The translations under genes and the position numbers were made by a program. DNA of 63,971 nucleotides, counting the filler, from Ionaspis alba (lineage: Eukaryota), in NCBI GenBank assembly GCA_964255285.1. It is 3 parts of 3 records of this genome, joined end to end, with 100 filler letters (N's around TTAATTAATTAA, not from the genome) between each part and the next. Parts side by side here need not be neighbours in the genome. Positions count along the whole stretch, not along the records: positions 46,556 to 63,971 come from CAXUUL010000318.1; 2 more parts are not named here. One strand, given 5' to 3'. This document shows positions 53,444 to 63,971 of the stretch, piece by piece. Each line of letters begins with the position of its first letter. The first letter of the stretch is position 1. The notes beneath the pieces were generated by a model, which saw only the letters and a list, made by a program, of their open reading frames with translations, made no database searches and had not been told where the DNA came from.

Positions 53444-55055
53444 ATGGCACCTTCATTCAAGGTTCCTCTCTCTCCACTCCCAGAATTGGATTGCAACAAC
53501 GATACAGTACCTTTGATACAAGGTCATAGTAGGGATAGCAGTGCCTCTGGCGTCCAGCAGAGAATCCCTCGGAAACCTCTGCCTTCTGAATCATTCCTAT
53601 CTATTTCCCTATGTGACGGCCTTGACCGACGATCCAGTCTCAAGACTCTACAGGACGACGTAAACGAGAAAGTCAATAGGTCTCACCTCCCCGCCAAACC
53701 TTTCAAGAAGCAAAAGTCATGGCAGACATCGCTCGCAGCAGAAACCTTATATGGTCCGGTGCGGCTCAGGATTGGATGGTATGACTGGCGTGCTTCGGTC
53801 CTCTCATCTGCTGATCTCCCCTGCTAGGCGACGTATATTGAAGCATTTTGGCGTGTTCTCTGCCCTCGCCGTCATAATAATAGCCAGCCTCAGCCTCCTC
53901 GCTTTTATCGCCTTCAGTGGTAGCCGCCAACTCAGCCTGTACATAAGCGGGCTTTCCATCGACATTCCCAGCTGTGAGACACTCGGGGTGAGCGGCTCGG
54001 GTTCGTGGACCTTCGTTGGTATAGACGTTCGATTTGGTCCACTAAGTTATGGTCAGGCTAAGGCTGCTGATCTGGCCTGGAACATGATCGCTGGACGTGG
54101 TGTGGCAACTCTCCTCGCTATTCTGTCGTACCGTGTTTTTACCGATGCTCTTATGAAAGCCACGGAAGCTCATTGTGTTCCATACGAAGTCTTCACGTCT
54201 CTTGCTCTATTCTCCACCAGACTCGATAAACTCTGGTACCTAGGAAAAGGCCTTTTCCAATCCCCGGGCTGGCGAGTCAAATGGATGATTGGCTGGATTT
54301 TTGTCTCAACAATCCACCTAGCGCTTTTCCCGACTCTCATGGACATATTGTCAGGATACGAAGCCTCTAACGTTACTCAATTGAGACTGCCAAGCAACGG
54401 AAGCATTCTGCTCACGAGATCTACCCTACGGCGAATTAGCCCCTATAACAATAACACTCTATGGACAGCATACCCGATACCAGGTTCATACGTAATGACG
54501 TATCAATGGCACGACCAGACGCTAAACAAGAGCTGGGCTGAGACCGTAAACTCCACGTTCATTGTGGAATATTGGAACGCCACGTACAGTACTGATGGCT
54601 CCAGTCATGCTGCCTGGGAAAAATTCCAGAATGATGCGAAGAATTTCTACATGTACAATCCAGACAACTACGATTGTGTCCTTGAACCTGCGGTATATCA
54701 ATGGGGATTCTCGGCCGAATGGGCATATGTTCTAGTGATTGTCAACAGTTGCTGGCTGGTCGGACTCTGGATTGTCTGGGTCGACGCGGACCACAACAGC
54801 CAGCTCTGTCGTAAGCGCAGACGTATGGGAACGTATCGAGCGATTGCCGACATCTCCGAGGCAATGCGGGAAGATCTTGGAAGAAACCTTTGCGCATATT
54901 CTGAGGATGAGCTCAGAAAGGCGGTGCGAAAGCAGGGTTTTATCAAGTATTACGTTTCAAATGAGGAAGACGGCATGCCTGCACATCTCGGACTGTCGAG
55001 TCGACCTTCTGGTAAAGTGAAATTGGAGTGGGGTCAGAAATATGGACAAGGATGA
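53444..55055 (+). CDS. Uncharacterised multipass membrane protein
   Basis: MAPSFKVP...RIGW, intron 53779-53827, RRILKHFG. Several hydrophobic helices; motifs FGPLSYGQAKAADLAWNMIAGRG, SYRVF, FPTLM...GY, YQWGFS; N-glycosylation-rich loop. Confidence 0.8.
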
Positions 55056-55060
55056 GACGG

Positions 55061-55160
55061 NNNNNNNNNNNNNNNNNNNNNNNNNNNNNNNNNNNNNNNN
55101 NNNNNNNNNNNNNNNNNNNNNNNNNNNNNNNNNNNNNNNNNNNNNNNNNNNNNNNNNNNN
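55061..55160. other. Scaffold gap (100 N) without a long duplicated flank
   Basis: Run of 100 N; flanks share only 'cgg'. Confidence 0.9.
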
Positions 55161-55323
55161 CGGCATTTCGAGCGCCAAGCAAGCATCGGTGATGAGCAAC
55201 TAGATCGAAAGATCGTTTTTCATGACAGTTCATTGATGCAGCAGGTGTATAAAGTCTAATCTACCATCCAGTTCTATCTACATGCCATGCGTCCCCAACG
55301 CCATCCCCAAGAAGTCACCATAA

Positions 55324-57900
55324 CTATGCAAACCCCGTTTGCGCCACTGCTCTAGCAATCACACTTGCGAACCTCCCAGCAACATCACGATCCTGCCTTG
55401 CCGTCTCCATCCCAAGTAAGATCTTCTTGATGCCTACTCCAACCTCATCCCTACCAGTGGTCCGCCTCAACTCATCAACAGCCCTCTCCGCATCTTGCAG
55501 CCCACCTGCTTGCTGTAAAATATAAGCCAACTCGTCATAACCCCTAACATTGGGCACCGCAATATCTGCGTCAAAGGATGAGAATAGATCCAGCTGCTGC
55601 AGGACTGCACGCTCAGAACTGGTGGCCAGGACAAGTAAGCGTCGGCCCTTAGGAGGCTGCTTCTTGAGTAGAACCATAAGTGATTGCAGAACGGCGTTGT
55701 CAAAGCGTGGGCCAATGGGTACCCAACCAAGAATCCGCTCGATGTTATCGATAACGACAACGGACAACGGCGATTTATAAGCGTCGTCGAAGATCCGACG
55801 CATGTGATCAATCTTCATGCTTTCGGAGAAACCGACCATACTATTGGGGCTGCAGAGTTTGATGAAGGGATACTGGGAGTCAAGGGCTATCTTTGCCGCG
55901 AGGGCCGACTTGCCCGTGCCTGGTGGCCCGTGTAAAAGTGCGCTGAAGAGGGGTGTGGAGTCTGCGGTGCTGACTTGGGAGACAATGAGTCGACCTTCGT
56001 CAAGGATGGCGTCGATGGATTGCGAGAAGGGAATGATGCCGGCAGTAAGATATGTTTGAAGCTCGTCTTCAGAGACACCGAAGGCTGGCTTGACGTCGTC
56101 AAAGGCATGGGCGAAGTCGGAGCGGTTGACAGTCAGACGATCAATGTCGTCGGCGACACCGGCCATTGTGCCGACCTTGACATGGCGGTTCAGGGCAAAG
56201 GAGGTGGCCGAGCGGACGAGGCCACTGATCTCGGCACCAGAGAAATTTTTGGCGAGGTGGGCGATCTCGGCGATGTTCACGTCGGGGTCTAGGTTTCCAG
56301 ATTTGAGCATTTGGGCCGTGTGAATTTTGAGGATTTGGATCCGCCCTGATTCGTCAGGGAGTGAAATTTCCATATGCACTTCTAGACGACCCGAGCGGAG
56401 CAGTGCGTCGTCGATCATGTCTTTTCGGTTTGTCATGCCAATAAGGAGGATGTTGTTTAATTGGTCGACGCCGTCCAGTTTTGATAGCAATTGGTTGACC
56501 ACACTGTCGCCGACACCGGTTCCTCCTCCTGCTCCACTGCCTCTTTGCTTGCATACCGCGTCCAGTTCGTCGAAGATAATGATATGAAGACCGCTTTCGT
56601 CCCCTTTCTCCTTATATTCCTTCTCGGCATCGGCGAAGAGTTTTCGAATGTTCTCTTCCGATTGTCCAACAAACTTGTTCAGAACTTCCGGACCGTTGAT
56701 GACCTTTGGCTCTCGGGCATTTAGCATTTGCCCGATTTTCCTGGCTATCAATGTTTTGCCTGTGCCTGGTGGACCGTATAGTAGAATACCCCTGACATGC
56801 TGTACTCCCATATTCTGTATCAGTCCAGGAGGAAATATACGAGAAGCAAACGCTCTTCGGAAGATAGCACTGAACTCCTTGTCTAGACCACCAATTCCCA
56901 TGTCCTCGAACTTGAAAGAAGGTTGAAGAATGGCATTTGCCGCCGGTCTCCGTGCTGAAGCTTTCAAGTTTATGCCTGACTTCGCATCTTTGAAGAAGTT
57001 CATTTGTGAACTGCGGGTCAGAATTCCTCGGGCCGTAGGTATGGTCAGACTTTCGGAAGAAGACTTCTCCATAGACAAATCTCCAAGCTGAACAGTCTTG
57101 ATCACAAAGAGGAGCGGTAAACTCTTGTAATCCATAATGAGCCTCTGGCCAGGCGCGAAGAGCTGGTTCTCGTAATTCTGGAGGAACCATAAGCATCCCG
57201 AGCCACAGAGGGTAACGATTTTGCTCTTACTTTGGTAAACATAGCGGCCAGCTCATCCTGATCAAAAGGTGCTTCCGTAGACTTCCTGCCTGCAAAGCTG
57301 ACCTCCGCGTCTACAGAAGCGAGGTATCGATGTCCACCTTCTTGAAATGGATCGTATAATCTCACACTCACGACATCTTGCAAACTGATAGAAGCCCATG
57401 TTCTTTGTGGGTCCGACAGACTGAGGTGTCCTTGCGGAAAGCCGTCAAATTGCCTTGCAGACAACACATACATGTCATTGAGAATGATGTAGAAGTCTTC
57501 ACCGCCGCGAGAAGGAGGAAAGTCGAAGGGCGAGACAGCAGCCCTAGGGGAGGTCAGGATGGTGTACATGATCTACTCTTTTCGTATTCGCCTACCTGTT
57601 ACCAAAAGTAAACTCGTTCGCCGGGCTCTTTGCCGGTCTCAGCTGCCATGTCTGTCCTCCGGAAGACTGTCTGCCTCCTCCACCATTCATTCTGACGTTT
57701 TCCGGGAGGCCTCGAGAGTAGGAAGGCTTGTCTTGGTAACCTCGATCGTAGGAACTTCTCTCGCTGTTCATTTGCGGTCGCCCCGGGAGCTGAGGAGCTC
57801 CATATCTGTCAGCGCCACTTTGAGGCATTCGGTCGTATTGACCAGGTTGGGGGGGAGGTGGTTGTTGGGAATTGCCAGATCGAGCGCCGCGGGAGAACAT
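55324..57900 (-). CDS. SEC18: Vesicle-fusing AAA+ ATPase Sec18/NSF
   Basis: MFSRGARSGN start; N-domain; D1 MGIGGLDKEF, GPPGTGKT, IIFDELDA, GMTNRKDMID, GRLEVH; D2 GPPGTGKS. Two introns. Confidence 0.97.
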
Positions 57901-58254
57901 GTTGTAAAGATTTCAAGGTCGAGATTTCCAAGACATCAGTCGAGTTGATGGCGTAGAAATGAAGAAAGGGAAGCAGCGACTCGGATTTGTCGTGCACTTT
58001 CTTTGTGAGCAAGAAGCGTTCTACCTTCATGCAAGGTGAGGCGCAGATGGTGCCTGAAGCTCAAGCGAGCTGCTGACCCATCTCTACTGCGGTCACATAT
58101 CCAATCCCGGGACCACGCCACAACCGGATACCATCTCTACGAGTACGGAGACATTCAGGCAGGAGAACCTTGGTCTACTGGCGGAGTCAACGCTGTCACA
58201 TTAGCTCTGGAGTACTCTGAAGACCGCAAGGCCTGAGGTGTAGCTGTGTCGACC

Positions 58255-59359
58255 ATGCCTCTGTAAGAAACTGCCTCTCGGCATATATGCCCGCGTAGCT
58301 AACATGTAACGCAGACACCTATTAGGGAAGAAATCATGGAACGTTTACAATACCACCAACATCGAAAAGGTCAAGCGTGATGAGGCCGCTGCGGCTGCTC
58401 GAGAAGAAGCTGAAGAGCAGCGTATGCAAGAGGTGGATGCGGAACGACGAATCCAGCTATTAAGAGGTCTACAGGTCGACGAGAAGCCAGATCTCATCGA
58501 TGAGGAGCGCAGTGAACGAGTTGAACGCTTTGGACCGGGGAGAAATCTAGGTCGCGACCGCAAGCGACGGCGAATTGAAGGCGAAGACGATACCGAGCGG
58601 GACCTTCGGCATGCGAAGGAGAGTCAGACCCTAGTCCCGACATCAGAAGAGATCCAGAGGAAACGGTTAAAGACAAGCAATGCACCGCTGACCAATCGCA
58701 CCGGCCACATCAACCTCTTTCCGGAAGAAGGAACGAGACGGAATGGCCCTAAAAATGAAGAAGCTGAAGCTGATGCCGCGAAGAAGAAGCGGGAGTTTGA
58801 GGATCAGTACACTATGCGCTTTTCGAACGCGGCAGGCTTCAAGGAGTCTATGGGTCAAACACCATGGTATCAATCTACAGGCAATGCCGGTGAAAAGGAG
58901 GCAACGAGTAAGGATGTATGGGGGAACGAGGATCCGAGACGGAAAGAGAGGGAGAAGATGAGAGCGGCAGCTGATGACCCGCTCGCGATGATACAGAGAG
59001 GAGTGCAGGATCTTAGGAAGGTGGAGCGGGAGAGGAAGAAGTGGAAGGTAGAGAGGGAGCGTGAACTCCGTGAGCTAGCTGATGCGGAGCGGAGGCGGGA
59101 GAAAAGAAAGCGGAGAAGAGATATGGATCAAGATGACTTAGAGGGTTTTAGCTTAGACCGTGACGATATATCTGACAGCAGCAAAAAGGGAGATGGTTAC
59201 AATGGGGATGGAAAGTCAGGCCGACGCCATCGTCACAGAAGCCGGAGTAGAGAGCGGCGACATCCCCACAAGCATCTGAAGAGAAGAGAAGCCGATGTCG
59301 GGTGGAAGATCGGGCCAAGCGGGAAGTACAGTAGTCAATTTGCTGAAGTGCAGACTTAG
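58255..59359 (+). CDS. Cir_N-domain protein (LENG1/Cwc25-like, probable splicing-associated factor)
   Basis: MPL|HLLGKKSWNVYNTTNIEKVKRDEAAA...EQRMQEVDAERRIQLLRG, GHINLF, PWY, DDPL, Arg-rich tail, YSSQF. Confidence 0.85.
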
Positions 59360-59573
59360 GCAGTGCAATCTAAGCAACCAGTTGACTCTGTTCTTTTCCT
59401 CTGCTCATCCGTCTTTCACCATTGTCGAGTTCTCATTGTCATCATCGCAGTCACACAGAGTGCTCAAAAGTAATGTGAAAAAGACTTCTGGCTCTTCCGT
59501 TTTCAAAAAGCCTGTGATACCCAACCTGATGCCCCTTTCGATACTCCTTGTTTCCAGAACATCTGCGACACTT

Positions 59574-60626
59574 TCAGCCTTTCGAAAGAATTTGTCGTGT
59601 CTCCGGTGCTTGGGCACTCATGATGTTCACTATCTCCTTCCACATCCTCTCCTGTACCTCTTTGTTCTTCCGCAGCGGCCCAGTGCTGAAAGTCCAATAT
59701 TAGCACGCAAGAAGGAAAGTTTCTCTTATGACTTACTCAGGATATTCGTCGTTCTTCCAGAATTTCCCTTGCGCCTCTATCCCCCTGGTCGTCGCACTGA
59801 CCAAAGTCCTACTCCCAGCCTCTGTCGACCTTGCAAATATTCCCATGAAGACCCACATCGCAACCTTCTCCCAAAACCCATCGAACTGTCTTCCGAGATC
59901 CGACTGACAGAAACCCGGGCAAAGACTATTGACCACGATACTGACCTCCCCATTCTCCTCCGTCGCTAGCATTGCCAATTCTTGAACAACGTACTCAACC
60001 AAGATCTTACTAGCACTATACTGCCTTCCCCTCTCAAAGCCTTCCTCAGCACTTAGTTTCTCCAATATCGTCCCGGTATCGGGAACCTCGAACCATTCCT
60101 CTTTCGCTACGGAATGAAGTCCACTACTCGTGATTGCCAGATGCGCCGGCTCCCCACTCTGCTCTTGACAACTTCTCAACTTCGGGAGAAGCAACACTGC
60201 CAACAAAGCCGTCGACAACGTATTAACTTGCAAGGTTTGTTCCCATCCTTCTTTCGAGCGCTCAAAATACCGCGTCGTCACCCCTGCATTCAAGAGTGCA
60301 ACATCCACCCTCTCGACCTCCTTCTCCACCCGTGCTGCAAACGCCTTCACAGATGCGAAGTTGGACATGTCAAGGTCAAACACCTTGACGATACCCTTAT
60401 GAGGGCCAGCGCGGGTAGAAATAGTGGCTACAGCGGCGGCAGCTTTTGGAGGGTTACGCGCACCAAGAATGACAGTGCTTGCACCCAATGAGAGAAATTT
60501 GATGGCAGCTTCGAGGCCGAGACCAGTGGTTCCGCCAGTGAGGAGGACGGTTTTGGATGAAAAGGACGTGGTAGGGTCGGCGGGAAGGACGAACTTGCTG
60601 CGGAGCAAGCGGATGAAGCCAGCCAT
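59574..60626 (-). CDS. Short-chain dehydrogenase/reductase (retinol-dehydrogenase/WWOX-like subgroup)
   Basis: TGGTTGLGLEAA, LDMSNFASV, LNAG, LQVNTLST, YSASK, CPGFC. Intron after DEYP; last exon TGPLRKNKEVQERMWKEIV...ILSKG*. Confidence 0.9.
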
Positions 60627-61452
60627 TCTGATACACCGCTATTGGGAGGAAGGAAGCGTATAACAACGGATCAAGTCTACAGAAAGGCCCAAGTGGAACT
60701 TTCACTGCCAAGCGCGAACGCTGCAGAGACGCATGGCTACCTTCTCCTGACTTATTGACAATCAGGCTTTCGAACACTTCAGTAACAAAATACGCAACAT
60801 AAGGCTCGATTGCTCATCGGTCTGGGATATCCCGCCCTTTGCTGACCAAGCGCAACTTATGCAATTGTTCATTACCTAGGGAAGGATGGCGTGAATAAAG
60901 CTCTCTTCAATCACAGGGGCTTCGCGGCGGAACGGTGTTGCGGTTAAGAGCACAGACCCGCAGTGAATCGCGCTAATGAGCTCCCCTGATTGGTTAGCTG
61001 GGACAGACCCTGAAACTAAGCTCGCCCCTCGGACCCTTACTTTTGACCCCACCAATGTGTATACCGCGGCCCACCCATGAAAGGAGAATCGGAATTACAT
61101 GCAAGCTATTATGACGCCAGGAGGAAGCGAGGGTATGAAAAACCCCCAGATAGAAACCCGGCTGCAACGCTGTTATAACCCGTGAAATCACATTTTCTGC
61201 CACAGTTTCTACACTTCAGACACCACCGTCCTTCACTTGCCTGATTTGTAATCTGATCCTATCCATTGAACGCTCAAACCAGACTGTCATGTCCCGTAAC
61301 TTCGATTTATACTCTAGCAATTGGCAGACACATGATGCACCAATGAAGAAGATAGAAAGGGTGAAGGGAGTGCCACTTCATTCATGTCCTGAAGCTTAAC
61401 ATCATCATAACAATAACAACAACAGAAACAGAAACAGCAACATTACCCATCC

Positions 61453-63795
61453 TCACAAGTGCGGGACCTCCAAACTCGCAAGCCCGAGGTTGACGATACT
61501 CATGACACCTTCTCCCAATATCAAGCCACTAGCCAGCACAATGACCGGAGCCTCCTCCCTTCCCTTCCAGCTCCTCCAATACCAATTGACCAAACCGCCA
61601 ATTGTCCGTGCTAGGGTAAAAGAAGGCACGTTATACATACCCACCGCAACCGCTATTCCTCCAGGGATGAACGCCTGCCAATTCTTTTCCCGCCCCGCAA
61701 TCCTGATCGCAGTGCCGACCGCAAAGATGGCTCCCGCGCCGAGAGCCCATTGCCAAGCCATCTCAGGCAAGCCCTGGCCGGTCACCAGGCGTGCGGTAAA
61801 GATCCAGACATATCCAGTAGGCACTTGGAACATGCCGCCGGGGATTTCGTAGACGCTGATGTATAGCTTGTAAATAGCCGCACTGACGATCGCGCCAACA
61901 AAGCTTCCGATGAGCTGGCCGTAGAATTGCGCTTTTGGTGCTGCGCCGAGCAGATGCCCTGTCTTGAGATCTTGCATCATGTCTCCGGCCTGCAGAGCGC
62001 CAGACTCGGAAATAGCGCCTGCAAGAAGGTTGATGATTATGGCGTTAGGATTTGACGATGGAATGATGAGGGCAAAGGTTAGTTGGGTGAGTTTGGAGAT
62101 GCCGGAGACAGGATTCAGATCTGTTTCGCCAAGAGCGCGGACGCCCATTAAGGAAAGCAGCATGGCGAGAAGGATGGCGATTATGGTGGCGTAAAGCGGA
62201 ACGAGGGAGCCGAAGATGAGGTGAACGGAGATGATGCAGACGAGAATGGAGGCGAGGAGACCGAGATAGACAACACGATTGCTAATGAGATGCTCTAATG
62301 GAGCGTCGGGTTCAGGGAGCTCTTTATCTTCCCCGAGGGCGGGATCTTGCATGGATGTGGACAGGTTTGCGATGTTTTGGACGGAGTTTGAGATCGAGGG
62401 AAGAGCAGTAGGTGGATCGGAATCTGAGACGGGTTCGTAGTCACCTTTGGGAGAACTGCCAAATCGAAGCATAGCCGGGAAATTACCCCTCCGTACACGC
62501 TCTCGAAGTTCGCCGACGTACTGCGCACCGTAGTGTAAAGACGGTCTGAGTACTAGCCATCCGAGGCTGACGACGGAGTCTGCAAGCATGATGGCAAGAC
62601 TCACCCACACGATCCATCCTTTGCTACCTGTAGCCCAGTCTTCGACAGGTCCTGGTGCCCACCCTTTTTGTTTTGCGAGTGGAGACAGAATCCCCCAGCC
62701 AATGATGGCTCCAAGAAGCATGTGTAGAGTGGTTGCCGGCCCCATAATAATTCCTTGGCCGACATATGCTGGCGAAGGATTCAAAGTCCATAGCCAATTG
62801 CTCGCCAGGGGAAGTCCAAGAATTGGCAGGTCATGGAGTTGTGGTATGAAATAGGATATAAGAGTCTATGAAGTCAGTTACACAACGCAGATCAGGGTTA
62901 TGCTCATCCGTACATAGACAGCTGAGGCAGCGAATGCCAGGATAAGCAGCTTGATTTTCGCTTTCCAATTATCTCTGTGATCCACTTCCCTGTCGGGTGC
63001 ATCCGTCATAGCAATTGAACTATTTTCGTTTTCCTGTACCAGGCTATCTCTCGTTCTTGACGGTCGTAGCATGTCACCGCTTCTCCTCCTAAATGTTTCC
63101 ATGGGATTCTCTTTCTTCCCATCGCCATTTTCGTCCGTATTTCCATGAAGAACGCCAATCATCAATGCCGTAGCTGTCCCACTCGGGAATTTTAACTTCT
63201 CCCGTATGATAACCTCCCTCCGTAGTGGCACAGCAATGAACACCCCGAAGAAGCATATCCCGACTGCCCAGATCATGAGTTTCTCTGTTCCAAGTACCAG
63301 AGGTCCGTTCTCTTCAGGCTTGAGTAGGAAATTCAGAGCTGGTAGAACACCCACGAATCCGCATCCCAACGGCATTGTTCCTACCGCTCCTGCAACGGTC
63401 TGTATTAACACATTCTCCACGGGTGTAAAAGGATAGCTGAGGTAGTTTGATATTGATTTGAAGAAAGAAAAGCCAATCAAGGCGGCCGGCATAGCCATTC
63501 CACTGACCCATCCTGTCTGCAGCCCAAAATAGGTATTGGAGAAGCAGATGATGACTCCAATCCCCAGTCCAACGAAGACACCCCGAGCAGTGAAATTCTG
63601 CTTTTCATCTGCGTGTTCTGCGAGGAACCTCCCAGCTTCCTCACGAACATCATTGTCATCTTCTTCTGCACCGTCGTGGTCGAGGAAATGACTGGGAGTC
63701 TCATAGTCCGAGGCTTGTTGTATCACACCATCGTCGGTGATGGCCGGGTACTGGGGTCCCTGACTCGACACATCCGAGCCTCTATCGGGTGCCAT
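61453..63795 (-). CDS. OPT-superfamily transporter (YSL/YGL114W-like clade)
   Basis: NTYFGLQTGW, PFTPVENVLIQT, LKFPSGTATA, SPAYVGQG, GETDLNPVSG, DMMQDLKTG, ASGLILGEG. One intron near 62867-62913. Confidence 0.93.
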
Positions 63796-63971
63796 AACTC
63801 CCTCTACTGCTGCGAGCGATAGGAGTTACCCTAAATCCCAGCTCAGAGTCAACTGCGTGGTAGGAGTAGTGACCTGTCGGTGACAGACATGTTCCGGGGT
63901 GACGCGCCAAGCCGGTGCAGTTCCGCGCCTAATGAATAACCACAAGAAGGACTGAATTAGGCAGCGGCAGA

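Noticed and set aside
60680..61200. RNase MRP-like or other structured RNA (GAAAGGCCC ... ACAGGGGCTTC)
   Set aside because: P4 pairing is imperfect, no P1 helix was found, and the region is the SDR promoter.
61401..61445. CAT/AAC/AACAGA simple repeats
   Set aside because: Ordinary low-complexity sequence in the OPT 3' UTR.

Overview
Gene-dense genomic DNA from a filamentous ascomycete (Pezizomycotina), judged from short GT-AG introns with CTRAC branch sites and typical fungal orthologues. The window is not one contiguous locus. Two N-padded TTAATTAATTAA linkers (23183-23282, 46456-46555) join three assembly pieces, and three other 100-N gaps have exact 55-bp duplicated flanks (assembler artefacts). 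I find 25 protein-coding genes. Piece 1: Ste20/GCK kinase (partial), secreted pepsin-like protease, STT4, CHK2, CYP51 (B-type), DGA1, STK19-like protein, truncated sugar-porter MFS. Piece 2: Gre2-like reductase, mitochondrial-type polyol SDR, Alb1-like protein, secreted beta-lactamase-family hydrolase, TIM17, an accessory-looking block (membrane-anchored fucose-lectin-like protein, Cys/His-rich F-box, type-I membrane protein), DUG2, conserved hypothetical. Piece 3: large F-box protein, NTF2-like protein, multipass membrane protein, SEC18, Cir_N/LENG1-like protein, SDR, OPT transporter. I found no supportable tRNA, rRNA, CRISPR array or intact transposon, and cannot demonstrate a new biological system. 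The best leads are the lectin/F-box/sensor block between TIM17 and DUG2, an in-frame intron with a CGG acceptor in the Gre2-like gene, a T9 frameshift that separates a signal peptide from the membrane protein, and a fungal STK19 homologue. Gene spans include introns; family calls come from motif recognition, not database searches.
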